Assembly (NCBI GenBank): GCA_040954595.2 | Contig: CM082577.2 | Span: 6,064,301-6,128,300 of the forward strand | Origin: Balanoglossus misakiensis | Lineage: Eukaryota > Animalia > Hemichordata | Length of the DNA stretch: 64,000 nt | Direction of reading: 5' to 3' | Shown: in pieces, positions 27,114 through 41,600 of the stretch | Layout: every line of letters starts with the position of its first letter | How positions within the stretch are numbered: the stretch's first letter is position 1 | Notes under the pieces: model-generated | What the model saw: the letters and a program-made list of their open reading frames with translations, nothing else | Databases searched by the model: none | What the model was told of the DNA's origin: nothing | Position numbers and translations under genes: made by a program

Positions 27114-30100
27114 ACGATTGGATACGAATTTATCTGCGAGACGAGTAAGAGTAGTGTGTTTTTCATAGGGACAACGCGGCTTGTAGGCCTATATGTTGAA
27201 AGAAAAATCACAACAAATTTCCTTGTCCGCCTCATCGGTACTGCAACATCACCGATATACTCATAAGTCAGTGATCGAAATTTCGCCTGGGGGTAAATTG
27301 CATCTGTCAACGATTTTTTCCGTCTAATATGGCATCATTAAATACTGAAAACGCAAGCTGTTATGGAGGTAAAATAGCTACATTAGGGGACTTGGAGAGC
27401 TTTGCACAAGTAAAGAGGAGAGACGACGCACCGCCGGAAGGGTCGACGTGCTCGCGCTTCCTTCTAATCGGGGAGCAGAGGTCAACTCCCGCCAAACATC
27501 GGGTGAAAACGCGTACAGGAGAGTGTTCGCTAACGGGTGGTGGATTCTCTTTGGTATCCTGATGCCGTCACCATATTTTTGCCGCCGCTTTGTCATAAAT
27601 AATAACGTATTAGTTTAATTAAGGGAAATTAAGCAATTACAGCATCATCGCACGATCGATTAAAGCACAGCCCTTGGCCGATTTGCTTTTAATTAGCAGG
27701 TGTTTTGTTACGTCGAATTCACGGAAATGCAAGCAGACGTCAGAGAAATACAAAGGAAATAATGACACCGCCAGGTTTAGTATGAAGACGTCACGGGAAT
27801 ACCAAGAAATGCAAAGAAGAAAAACCGAAAACATCCGGTTCGGTATAAAAGACCTTCTCCAGATCGTAACCACCCGTAATTGACATCCGAGACATGTCAA
27901 TGATTATTTCGCAATTGAACAGATTGTTATTTGGTCGGTTTTTGTACAGCCGTGCGGGCTGCGTCGAAAATACTTAGTTAGCTTAATTGGTCAGTCGATG
28001 AGAGAGGAGGATGCTACAAGGAATAGAAACATGAGAAGACACGTCCGCAGACATTGGCAAATTAGGAGAGAATGGCTCGGGGTTTATCAAAATGAAACCT
28101 GGTACACAGACGTACTATTTTCTATTACATGTAACTGCCTTTAAATCACTATTGGAATCTTGGTCTCCAGTTGAAGGGGTAAAATCTCCAACTTCTGACA
28201 ATATTTCGGTAAATTATATGTTGTTCTGCTCACTGAAACATGCTCAGTGCCCGAGTGGAGGTAATTTTTTCAACCAGACAAATATCAGCATGTGAGTAGC
28301 CCCATACTGAGTATCTTCATTTCCCTGTCCATACCGCGTTCATGATCACTTTTGAATATGTCTTTTGCACCATGGTTTAACTTGTCCAGGGACCTTTGCA
28401 CTTTGAGGTTTACAAGCAACAGAATTGGAGAAACCCTCAAAGTACTGACTCGGAAACTATTAAGTACTAGACATAAATTGTGCATGGATCTTTCGCTTTT
28501 CTGCGCATTTGTTTGTCTAAGCACCGTTAAAATTGTTCTGTGTGTCGGGTTATGGCATTTTTAAAAGCGTCGCGGTACCATGCCTTAATTCAGCAATTTC
28601 CTGCGAGTACAAGCAACGACTGAATGAACCTTTGATCAGAGCCTGGTTTGGGGTCATGACCTTTGGGAGAAAAGCCAGGCGTCGCCACATTCCCGGGAAT
28701 GAGCGTCTCCAGTTTTTTGCACCAGTGATCATCTTGGCTGTCCTTCTTCCACAATTTTACCATCTTGAGAAAGTCACGTTCCGTTACTAGCAATCGTGAC
28801 CTCCCGGTGAACTGTTGTTAATCCCATCGGTACCTAATGATTTTTTTTCTCCTCCAGAGCTATTGGTTGCCCTGGAAACAAGCCGACGTTAAATTTACGA
28901 CGCGGAAATTCAATCCCGCTTCTATCGAAAATATCGTCAAGGACGGGATAAATACCAAATTAAGAGGCAAGACGTCTGACTCTGTCATTTTTCTCCTATG
29001 CAATGGAGATGTCAAAGAATGCCAGTATGTGGAATCTTCCGCGAAGGGGGGTCCACGGGACAAACCACGTATAGAAATCCGCAGCTGCGAAGCATGCTCA
29101 TTCGTATAATTTAGGCGTTCAAAGCGATAAAAACGCAAACCGCTAGGTGAGCGCGTTTTTTTTCTTGAAATTCCAGGAGCACCGCTACTGGGCTTCTCTG
29201 TTGCCAAGGCTACCAGTGATGCAATCGTGCCTCTTCCATTTTCTCGACACCGCCTATAGATCTCCCCTTTCGTAGCAAAATGTCAAAACCGCGCCGCTTA
29301 ATTTTCCGCGTTTAGCGTTAATCACACATCGTCGTCGAGATAGTACGCCCGCGTAAATGCGGTTAATGCACTGCTCTTGCCAATTAATACAAGTGATTTG
29401 GAAATTGGCCGTACACAGATAACAAGCACTCGGAGCGTGATCGATTGACTCGCATCAGCGGATTCAATGATCATTTGTGGAATTCGACGGCTAAACAGCA
29501 CCCTGCGATTATATCAATCAATCTTGACGGAGACCAGCTCGCCATGGCAACGCCGTCGGTACCGCGCACCGTGCAATTTCCTGTAATATTACTATTTTAA
29601 TTCAAAGACGACGCCGATAAAATACTTCGAGGCCATACTTACGCCAAAGGACATGCCGGCGAGACAAATGTGTGATTCTGTTCCAGAATCGATATTTATC
29701 ATACGACCGTGTTGTTATAATAGTGTAACATCTAGATAGAATGAAGCACGCATGTTGATTAATGTGATACTCGCAGGCTTGATCATTTTCTTTGGTTGAC
29801 AAATGGTCTATGAGAATACTGCACACTTGTCGTCTGCGAAGGTTTTGCGCGCGGCGATCGTGAGCGGGAACATCATCATTTGGGTGTACAAGTGTGACCA
29901 TACTTAGACCTCAATTGTGATGTTTTAGCGTTGAAGTACATACTCGTTGGTGGCACTTATTCACAGCCGAGAGCTAAAGCTCATTGTTAAACGAATACAG
30001 GGAAAAACTGAATTTTCAGCGAGGATACAAAGTCTCCTACTCAACGCGCCCAATCGTCCCTAAAAAGTATAGTTGCATTGAGTGCTGTGGGGGAATTTTA

Positions 30101-30867
30101 AGCCTAGAGATTTACGCAAGAACTGATAAATTTTGAGATGCTTCGCCGGCGTAACTTAAAACCAAGTCATTAGACTGAACATATAGCAAAAGGAACGTTT
30201 TTTTTTCGTAGTCTTGCAAAAATGCGAAAGGATGAATTCCTACAAAACATACCAAACCCCCGCTCACCAGAACAATTGTCGTTGATCAGCCAGTGAATGT
30301 TAGTTACTAACGGCGCAGGTTGTTTTTGACAGGCCAATGCTGAAAATGCCAATTTCATTAGGGCGGCGTAGAACAAAGACAACGCATTGAAACATCTAAC
30401 AAATTACATAAAACATTTAATTTTTGGATTGAAATGTCCAGTGCAGTGAATTAGCTAGCAGCCTTTAATCTTTAAAATCCCCATAAAATCTCAAGGACGC
30501 GTGTATACTGCCAAGCATTAAACGCGACACGAGAAAAAAAATCATTGGGCAATGTTGCTTTTGACTTTGTAATTCCCCAAGAAACCGTACCGACAGCTTT
30601 CATCTATCAATCCTATACAAAGCGTGTTCAATTTTCTCCAATTTTCAATGTCTGTCAGTTGAACGTCGCCGTTTTTGGCAAATTGACATGTAAGGTCAGG
30701 ACGCTATATCTCCAGGGACGAGTTGAAAGTGTAGCATATTTTGTACTCCAATCAAAATGCATTTTGGCTCTTGCTAGCCATAACATTCCTAAACATATCA
30801 GACGGAAACGATAATGGCCCGCGTTATAGTGGACAAAACCTAAATGGCCTTCCAATAGTGATACAAA

Positions 30868-30971
<104 letters not shown>

Positions 30972-31321
30972 AGTACATGTGTATATATACATATTCAAAT
31001 ACATTATAGTTTATCGACTGGCTGGTAATCACCATGAAAAAAGAAATAACGAACGAAAACCGCATTAATTCTTTTATGGCGCGAATACCTACTTCGTGTT
31101 GATGTTTCTGTGACGCAACGTAACTCATTTTGACAACATACACGGAGACCATATTAGTATACTTCCGTGATAGGAAGCAAGGCTTTCAAATGAAGTATTC
31201 CCTAATATTGACGAAGCAATCCTTTTAACCTGAGATGTTGGCGGATTCGGCTGTATACACATTTTTATTACAATGTATTTTGACAAAGGTCCGAGGGTCA
31301 CGTCACCAATAATTTGTCAGT

Positions 31322-31537
31322 TTAAGGTAGAATGTGCCTCAAACTTAAAGTCTTAAACTATTTCATATCTTGCTCAAGGCAACTTAAGGTTTTTCTCACT
31401 TTAAATTGAGAATACAAATTGAGGGTCACCGTGCAAAAGATTTGAATGAAAGAAATATTTGAAATTCAAAATGGCCGCCATCTCCGTGATAACTCTATTG
31501 AGAAAATACAAATTCATTTGTCGTTTTATTCCCTTAA
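31322..31537. mobile_element. Internally deleted copy of a TTAA-flanked MITE family (same family as 38332-38683)
   Basis: Starts TTAAGGTAGAATGTGCCTC and ends CCCTTAA. Shares four collinear blocks with the 38.3-kb copy: TTGCTCAA(A)GGCAACT, G(G/A)TCAC(C/T)GTGCAAAA, TTCAA(A/T)ATGGCC(G/T)CCA and AACTCT..TGAGAAAA. Confidence 0.7.
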
Positions 31538-34500
31538 AAATGTGTCGTCGTTCATGCATGACATGTCAGCATTACATCCTACATAAACCGGAAAATGATG
31601 AGATGGATTTCTGCAGGCTCCACAATTCTGAATGAATAGGTTTATGCTTCGAGAAATATGGCGCCATCCTGAAACGATGCGGGTGAAAACGACAGTAGTT
31701 TGTGGAACGCAGAATGGCAAAAGCGAAAAAGAGGGGCGCTGTGTTCTGGCTTCTCCCCACTGACTGCTTGGGTTCGTTTATCTTGAATTTGAAGAGCGCC
31801 GCCTATGGCCGAGGTGGCTTGTCTCGCGTGAAATTCTTGGCATTATTCCGCTAAGAGTTTTACGTAACCACGCTGAGCGCAGGTATGTGAAAAGCGTTCC
31901 AAGCAGATGAATCCGGAATATTCCCCCCCCCCCACCTTTGTGGCTATTATCGGTCCTCAAGGAGTTGGATGTCAAATCTTTGGCTGCACATATTCTGTTG
32001 GCCTTTATCTATGTTCACCGCAAGTAAACACGGCCTGGGCGTGTGCAAGAACACAGCCAAAACGGAGGTGTACCCAGGGTCCACACGGTTCACATGACCC
32101 CGGCCATCCATCATAAATAAAGCATGTCCTTCGGATGTCATCGACTTCTGAAGTGAGACGGATCTAGAATGCTTTCGCCGTAATAGGGGTGGCTTACACT
32201 CGCGGCATCTGCAAGCGTCCTAGATCGTCGAGTGTTTATGGCAAGTCGACTCTATGCAACAAGGACGTCGCCTTCAACAAAATTCACAATGGATCAGCGT
32301 TTGTGTAATTGGAGAATATTTACCCGACGGCATCGGATGAGGCGGACGTGTTTATCCGGCCTTCCGATTCTTTCCGATCCTAATAGCGTAGCACGTCCCT
32401 CTTGTGTATCCACACCTGTTTAATATAAGCCCCGTCAGTGTATGGCGCAGTGGGAATCGAATTTGAGTATGAGAAGTCATTAGAAATGGGTTGGCACACT
32501 CCACGAGACTGCTTTCTTTCGCCATATTGTTCGTCAAATGTCACCAAAATTAAATAAGAGGACATTGCTTGAGCCTTGCTGTCGTCTTCTCACGGCAGCG
32601 ATCAAATCCATGCCCACAGCGCACACCGTTAAAATTTTACATTCACGAGTGCATCGTCTTCATCCGATTATTGTCAAGCTCAACATTGGTTACACAAGAA
32701 GGAATCATACATACATATTTTTTGCTTCCTCAAACGTCCAAGCTTTCACACACTGGTTTTTAATTTAAAATCAACTGAAACAAAATATTGGAAATTATGT
32801 TAACTTCCAACACATAATTTAATGCACCACTACGGGCTAAATAAACTTGAATATCGTCGTATTGATTCAGAGAAGCATTTTTATGAAGCTCTGTGCTCAC
32901 TCGGCAAGAAAACTCTTCGGACACTGGAACTATGCACAAATGTTCTCGTAGATGTCTTTTGAGAATCGTGACTCAAGATTCTCGGCACCACGCTGACAGA
33001 CATCTTTGATCCTTTTGAGAGACATAGCTCATACATGTGGCGTATATCACACGTTGATGATATATGTCAGCATTATACATGTACAAGCAAATTCTAAGCG
33101 TGTTTGTCGCATTGAGTGGGCACGTTTAGCCGGCGGAAGGTCAAATCCGTAATCATCACTCCGATTTCTGAAAACGAAGACATTTTTTTCTTTCCAGATA
33201 ACAGTCAAGTTCAATCCATCATTGTCGCAGCGCCTCGCGGTCAGTGACTTCTGTATTGTCAACGTCAGAGTCGACATTGACACGTTGAAGTTGTACTTTG
33301 TCGGAGGATGGGCGTAGGTAGCGGTTTTCGAAAACTGGATACATCAAAACTAGTGTCCCTTCCTTCCCCTATAGCTCGTGCAGAAACTATATTGAGACCC
33401 AGTATATTTATTCTATAGATCTTTGGTTATAGGTATGTACGTACGTATACGTATGTACATAATATGTATGTTGCATCATCTAAAAGTATGCAATAATTAA
33501 ACTTATTCTCAGATATTGTTTTGTAATTGTGCAGAGCACGTCTACCCTTGATTAAACCACAGCCTGTGTGGAGTGAGTGACTGTGATTAAACAGGACATT
33601 ATGACCAGTTTACCCTTAGGAGACGCTTGTGAACCTCTGTTGCTCCAGAAACCTGGCGTTTGACCGACCGCCCCTCGCCTCGGTCCTGTTCAGTGCAGTG
33701 GGAGACGACCTCACGGGTCAGACACGTGGATCTCCTGTTTGACAAATAGTCTCAGGACACGGACGAAAGGACGAACACCTTGGTTGAAGTCAAAGAACGT
33801 TGACACTGATATATCGTGTCAACGCCAGGAAGCTTGTTTCGAACTTCCTGTCCCTTTTTTATCAACAGGATGCAGACGTCAATCACCGGGGAATTTTTTT
33901 GTGTTCAGTTGTTGACGCGATTCTTTATGAAAAACCTTAGATCCAAAAACACGCGGGGACGACAACACGAAATACACGTATCCGATAACCGGCATACTAT
34001 TATTCGTTCTGTACCCAATATTACTGTCTAGTAAAAAAAAACCACATCACTCTGAACTACAATCACGGTCCCCAGCAGGGTCCCCAGCGTCCAGTCGGAT
34101 ACGGACACAATTTTTAACTGACACAGTTACTACATTGAAAGTAATTTTAGCCTGAAACCCAATGTTTGAATTCAACAGGAAACGTGATTACAATCTTAAG
34201 CTTACGTTTTTAAAATAAATGCGCCCGGAGTTATTAAATTTAATTGGCGTTTCGAAATATTATGTCGTAGTGGTTTCAGATCATCTATGTCAACAATTAC
34301 AGGAACACAGGGTCACATTTTCGATTTCACTGTAAAAAACTTTCCGAAAGCACCGGCTGTTATCTAATTTTAGTTTCTTCAGATACGGAATATAAAATTA
34401 TTTTACTCCCACAAGCTGTTACTATTAAATGCGTCGAAGCCATATAGCTCTCGTCCGCCCAAATCATTTTAAACACTCCCTGGCCCCAATTCAACGAAAT

Positions 34501-37500
34501 GTAACAGAATAAATCGCCGAACTTCAAAAAATTTGATTTATTTTTAGAGTTCAGACCAAGGCGTTTTTCTCGGCTGAAAAGAGGGCTATTTCTAGATGCG
34601 CACGTCTGCCTGTACTTTGTCTCCTGGAGACATCTCGAATTTGCATAATCTTATCCGCCTTGTCGCCGTAATATTGAGTATAACGAAACACGGAACGAGC
34701 CATCTATAATTACAGCAATGGGGATGACTTGGGATTTGTGTCAAATGAACGTAGGCGGGGTAAAAAAAACTCTGTAGTGTATAGAATAACTACCATCAGA
34801 TAGTAGCGGGCACTAACCGACGGAAATGATAGAAATATAGATAGTCGTCACGTGGTCAGTAAAAATTGTGAGATGGCTGCACGTTACCGATTGACGTCGT
34901 GATGTGATGAAATGAACGTGAACCGTTCTACTTGAGCGACTAGAACATATACCACGTCATCTTGCCAGGCTTTCAAAAAAGATATACTCCTCACTTGAAA
35001 AAAACAACATTTCAAAGGTCATAAGCGAGCTATTAACTCCATTAGGAACATCATTGCAACACTGAGGCTTGCATTGTCTCCATTATCTGTATAATGACAC
35101 GACAGTGTGTCCCTTTCAAGGGATTCATTTGGCTCGTTTTATTTTTCTGTCTTTCTCTCGTTTGTTCGTTAATGTGGAAATATCCGTGTGTACTTTCGTT
35201 TATATAATCAGGTATTTAAATATTTTGTTATATATAATATTATTTCTGAATTATTTTCGAACTAAAAAATAACCATCAACATAGGGGCCTACAATCCACC
35301 GAAAAAAACGCTTCGCGCCGTTTCTGAACTCACACGCAAGCACGTCGCGTTTCGAGTGACGTTCTCCTTGCAGTGATTAATAAGTTCAAGTTAAAAAGCT
35401 TATTCTGCCCGGAGCGGTGTTGGAGGTCTGTTGAAAGCCTATCTGTTTTCACCGCACACTGCATATAGAAGTCATCGAACTTCTTCTCGAATCGCTGTTA
35501 TTTGAAACAAAATCTGGCGAGTAGTTGCAAGGCGAGCCCGAGAGAACACACAAGGATTTCTTCCCCTTCTCTTTTACAGCATCAGCAGTTGGCAAACAGT
35601 TCGATCGGTTGGAATGCAACAAAGGTTCTTTAATAAAAAACAGAAAATGTTTTCCGATCGCATTTGGTTACTAACGAATGCGCTTTGAATTTCTTCTCAA
35701 TGCATGACAAATTTACTGCTCTTTAAACATTTAAGGTGGCGATATCGATGTGTTTTTACTCGTAGCAATTTAATCTCGAAGCTGCATGTCTTATCGAAGA
35801 AATCGAAAACGTGAAAGCTTCACAAATCATATAAATTCCCAGAAGCTTGTGTAACTTAACGACTATTTTTGATCTCCCAACTTGTCCGAAAGTAAAAATT
35901 TGGCAAAACGTACCGTTAAAGGAGGGATAATCACCACAGTAATGTATGAAACACGTTCTCAGGTTTATATTTGATCTAGAAAGTTGAACAACTCGACTAA
36001 CAGCCAAACGCCGCATATGCAACCGAGACCTGATCAATGCGAAGAGATGCGATGATGATTTATTCACATTGATGGCGATTGCGTGACAGTGTGTGATATC
36101 GACTCGCGATACATAGCCGTCGAATCGATTTTTGTTCGCGTTTCAAAAGACCAGCACTGAAAGCCAGCCAGCCTTCATTATGTCAACGTCCGCACAACGC
36201 GTTTCTAAATATGATTCACGACCGTTCTTTTCATTCGCGTGTGGCATGCATATAGTTTAAATCTTTATACAGACGACTGTGACGTGAATAACTTGCACGG
36301 AATAGCTGCAAGACGGGTTAATCTACAGCGTCTGCACGAATCGTCTATTAGGCGTAATCAAGCACAAGATGTGCCTTCAAGTAAACAAATATTATCCCAT
36401 TGTTTAGTTGATATGAACGAAAGAGCGAACGCCATAAATAAATTTTAACATTCACACGAAAATGCATCTGACGAAAGCAAGGGGGCATGTTACGTCAGCA
36501 CCGCGACGTTCTGTGTCCGATTGATTGGAATTGACGTCAGCACTGCTAGCAAGGCCACTATAAATGCACGCGCTACAATCTGACATATATTGGGCGAATC
36601 ATTTTAAAGCTAGGCCACTGACGACAGAAAAAAAAACGGGCGGGAAATAATGTGACCAGATGCTTTAATGCAAGCGATTCCGAAACGAACGGAAATCAAT
36701 CGCCGCGGGTCTCCGAGTTCCCCGCGTTTTATCGCGTCAAGTCGGGGGAATGTGCCAATCAGGACACATCCGTCCCGCCGTCAACGCAATAAATTGCAAT
36801 TCGGAACTTTCGCCCGCGCGTGCCACTTTGAGGAGTGTTCGCAATTTCGCGAAAGCGGGAATAAACCGTGATTGATGTTTACAGTTACCCGGTGATTTGA
36901 TTTGATGCAGGAAAGTGCGTCTTCTCGTTCTGGGTGTTTTACGGGTCACGCCATAAGCCTGCCGGTGTCAAATAGTATAAGATATCCCGAAATGTAAAAA
37001 AAGATGGGTATAAAGTTGAGAAAAAATCTGATCATTAGTAACCTTCCAAATATTCTCTAGTTATCATACATGTATGCAGTTTTAGTACACGATAGAATAC
37101 TTTTTCAAGTTTCACATGGTTTATAAACTTGAAAGATATTAAATAATGTAATGATCATATCACATAATAATTTATATGATCTTACCAAAACACTCAATCG
37201 GGAATAAAAAGTAACTATATAATAGCTGTTCGTTTCAGTAAATCCATGATGATTTACCTGTCTGTGTGCGACCTTTTGACCTGCGCAGTTGACGAAATAC
37301 GTCAAAGTACAAATACCATCCCGCCATTTTTCCCCTCTGTGATAACCAATAAACAGATTTACAGTCGCATGACTCGACATATTGAAAGTTAAGAGCCTCA
37401 CATCGTCTGCCTCTGGTATCGCTCAGCGCCGACACATGGAAGCCGCGAAAAATTAACGAGACTCGTGCCTGCATGTCCCCCAGGAAGACATACCCTGTAT

Positions 37501-38331
37501 TGATATTATACATGGGAAACGAAATATGGGGGAATTATTCAGAACGTTTAAATTTTGATTCCATCATAACTAAACCTCAAAAGGGCAAATGTGTTCGGTT
37601 TTTCCCTCAGGGTGTAAATATATACAGTAAAAAAAATCCATGATCGAGTATCTTGTACAAACTGACAGTAATAACTCGAATCAAATTTGCATCGGCGTGT
37701 AAATTTATTACTCCGCCATCGTTTGAGCACCCATTACTGCTAACTTATTCAGCTATAGTTGCTGGCTGATTATTATGTCGATAACTGCCTGGTCCAGCTT
37801 CTGTGCGTAGTTTAGACCAGGTGATGTTGTGAATAATCTTTCTGGCCGAGACTACCATTAGTGTGGGCTATCTGATAGTTTATTTAGCACCTGGGCTGTT
37901 TCATAGCACAGTAATCGATCGAGAGAGAAAAAGCAGTAGTCTCGTTTTGTGCCAATTAAAGCATGGATAGTACCATACAGATACTCATAATTGAAGACGT
38001 TTCACTTTCCCGCGTCTCGAGACAACGGCAAGTTACCGGCCGAGATACAGCAGAGAGGAATTAACGCTTATCTGAGAAACGACTTGCACAACCCAGGGAA
38101 AAATAAGCCCTCTTTATGCGGTCGTTATCCAATTTCTGTCTCGATTTCTCCTGTATCTTGCACGATTTTACACCGCGGAGATAAGCCGATCACGTGCTCT
38201 CCGCGTGAGCTGAACGACAATTATGGGTGACAGGGTGACTACGCGCGCGAACAGTACACTCCGCTCCGGGTCAATTGAAAAAGAGGTCTAAAACCAACGT
38301 ACTTTGCAGGAAATTGCAGTGCGCCTTATCT

Positions 38332-38683
38332 TTGAGGTAGTATGTACCTCGAAAATCAAATTCTTATTTTTTTCTCATAGTTTGCTCAAAGGCAACTAAA
38401 AATTATTCCCCCGTGAAATTCAGAACAAAAAGTGGGGATCACTGTGCAAAATTTAATGAGAGAGCAAAATTGTCTCAAATGTGAAGTTCAATATGGCCTC
38501 CAGACTCTTTAACTCTGTGAAGAAAAATTAAAGCGGTGAATTTTATGAAAACAAGACAGTGAACATTATGTTTCCCCGCTTTGTTTTCATAAAGATTCCT
38601 CGCACACTTAAATATTTCAAAAAAGAATTACAGCTTTGGAGAAATATCTGAAAATCTGTCCCCGAGGCTCATACTTACTTCAA
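38332..38683. mobile_element. ~350-bp MITE with ~20-bp terminal inverted repeats and degenerate TTAA ends (Kolobok- or piggyBac-like)
   Basis: Left end TTGAGGTAGTATGTACCTCG resembles the reverse complement of the right end, TTGAAGTAAGTATGAGCCTCG. Homologous to 31322-31537. The superfamily call is an inference from TTAA plus GG...CC-type termini. Confidence 0.7.
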
Positions 38684-41600
38684 CGCCCGACTTCAATGCA
38701 TACAGCTGCCGCCAGAATACACGTGACTGCAAAACAGTCTGTTTTCCCTCACCCCCCCCCCCCCACACGCACACACTGTGTTTGCCGTTTGAAATGGCTG
38801 TCACCCCAGATGACTGGCAAATTCTGCATTTTTTGGATAAACAATATGGCGGAGTTAAATATTCCCTTTGTTAAGCATATCACTTCCATTGGCCAGCATA
38901 AGCCTACCACCTGTCCAAAACTGACGTGCCAGGTAAAAACCAATAGGAAAGTAGCATTAAATTCCCTTCCAACGCAAAAAGGGGAATTCTGGAATAAATC
39001 CACGGCCAGGCGACGGCTGACCGGAGAGATTATACTTGAATTCGGACTCGCTTCTCGCCAAATTGCACGTTTAATCTTATCGGAATCTATTCGTCTTAAT
39101 GGAATTCCAGTGATTGGATCGAGTCGATTTTTTTTCTCCGCTTGCGGGCGTTCCAATTCTATGTGCAGGACTTCGAGCTCCGAGTAACCATGGCGACATC
39201 CACGGAAGATGATTTTTTTTTATCAATTACGCATTGTCGACGGGACCCAATTACACTGATGCTTGAAGGTTTTAGTCTTTGACGGGTTCTATGCATTGGC
39301 CACTAATTGAGTAACGGTTTATCCATTCATAGATTCATTAATTGTTAATTCTATAAGTGGGAAGTATTTATCGGCCTCGGCGACGTCCCGCGATTTAATT
39401 TTGACTCATTAATCACGATTCTGAAAGATGGTCTCAGCGTTGATATCGCACCTTTGCGGAAGATTACAGCTGCTCGAAGAGAGCGATGGGGGGCAGAAGT
39501 CGTCAGCCAGTGGCAGTCACGTGACCTAGTATGTGTATCATTTGTCTATATTATGTGTTATGCAGCTACCATGGTACTTGCACACTTGTCTGCCGTGTGC
39601 TAACTTGCGAGAAATATCCGAGAAAGGTCACAGAGTGCTGTGTGTTCAGAAGGAAGAATTGCAAATTCTGGGTAATACGACCTGCATGAGAGCGTGACGG
39701 TATCGGATTCCTCACGGCCAGAATCGATCCCAATCATGAATCGTTAGACATTTGCGTCATACATTCAACCCGTCATGTTGATTCTTGGAACGCCAACGCG
39801 ACGGTACTTATAAAGAAAAACACATTCTCTACAAATACTGACATTAATCTGGGCGTCCACTATAACTTTGTTTTATAGACGGCTATTGAAAAAAAAACAC
39901 CCACAAAAACCACAGTTAAATTATCGGGTAATCACAGCTTTCTTGTAAATATTGTGCGTATACAGTGTATGATTTCATCGTTTATCAGTAAAGATATCAT
40001 TATCTAAACTATGTGGTCGACTGTATTTTAATCTGGGGTCACAGTATTGTAACGACAAAAATGTGTATATCCTGACACTTTCTCAGTGAAGCCTTCCAGA
40101 TGACCGTGGCGGCCAGGAGACGACTCTGCCCTTTGAAGCAGTGTCATATACCTACAAGTACCAATGTTATGGATTGTGCGCAGTAAAACGATTGACGAAT
40201 ACTCCCATAGGCAGAATCAAAATGGACCGGAGCGGAAAACAATATTCACGACTGGTTACGTGGATATATACTGGGGCATTAAAGTCCAACTTATTACAAT
40301 ACAACAACCTTATGAGCCCGGGTGGGCCTAATAAAAAAACAACGAGACCTTCAAAATGGCGGTCGTTATTTGCTGAATGCTATCACAATCGTGCGATGTG
40401 GAAAACACATTCGAGTTAACAAGTCATTGTCAATGTATAGTCCGACTGGTCATACAACAAGTTTGAATTTAATCTGGTTAGGCATGATGTCTGCGTATTA
40501 AATGGCTCCAGACATGAAATATAGCGCAACAAAATGGCTGCCCAGCAGCCATAATGGATCGCATCGCATCACAAAATAAATCAACGCGTAAATTGCCTTT
40601 GTACCAAGTGTCCTCCTACCTCAGATTCCGTCAGTGGGAATAACACTTTAAGGTTTTATTTTTAGACTACCGACATGGTATACGTACGTGACAATTACAT
40701 AGAAATAGAAGAATCAATCAATTTTATTAATTCATTTAGAATTTCCATTTTTCATTTTTAGGAGTAAGGAGTCTTTTCTAACATGTCGTATATATACTAA
40801 GCTTATCAAGAGCAAGAGAGCGAAAACGATGTAAAACGCAATGTTATTTTAAAGTGGGTGTGAAAAGGCAAGAATTTACACTCCATTTGAATATGAAAAT
40901 TCAGAACTTCTGCCTTCCATATTTTCAACACATGAGGAGATATAATTAGTGTGTTGGCACAATAGCCTGGCATTTGCTCAATTCTCCCGGAGGCAAAATA
41001 AGCGTCGCGTGAGAAAGGACTCTTGGCAAACAATAGTTAATCTAATCCCTCGGGGCTTAACTTGAATCAGCTCTAAGACTGGATTATCACTGCGAGAAAG
41101 CTATTTTTCGCATGCCCAGCGAAACAATCGTTCACGCCGCTGTCTAAGTTCCGAGCATTCAATTTTCTCGTTCTGTGGAAAAACGTCTAATTACGAAACT
41201 AACAGTAAGTGCGCAAAGACAAGCTTTTAAATAAACATTCACTTTATTTTACTTTCAAGGTTCAAGAATCGTTCCCCATTCCGCCGGGATTCGATATCTC
41301 TCTTGCCGTTTATTAATTTGTTTAAGGGGAAATGGCGCTGGCCAACTATGTGAATACCTTCCGGTAGTTTTCAGTTTATTGTTTGTAAATTTACAAATTT
41401 TAACCTTTTCACGCACTATCGCGAAAAGCGGCAAACCGCATTTCACAGAAGTGCCGAATTAGTAACGGTCTGCCTAAAAATATCAGCAGAAAGCCCGATG
41501 TCGATAATTTTTTCACCCGCGATCAGAATATTTTAACAGAGGCCAGGCATCCCCCGCATGTCAAATTTTCTCGGTGTCATTTTTCGTTCAGAAATACCGA

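Noticed and set aside
38333-38345. TGAGGTAGTA, resembling the let-7 5' end
   Set aside because: The match stops after 10 nt, there is no let-7 hairpin, and it is the MITE terminal repeat.
38636-39187. 183-aa plus-strand ORF and 135-aa antisense ORF
   Set aside because: The ORF starts inside a MITE end, crosses a poly-C run and shows no domain or splice support.
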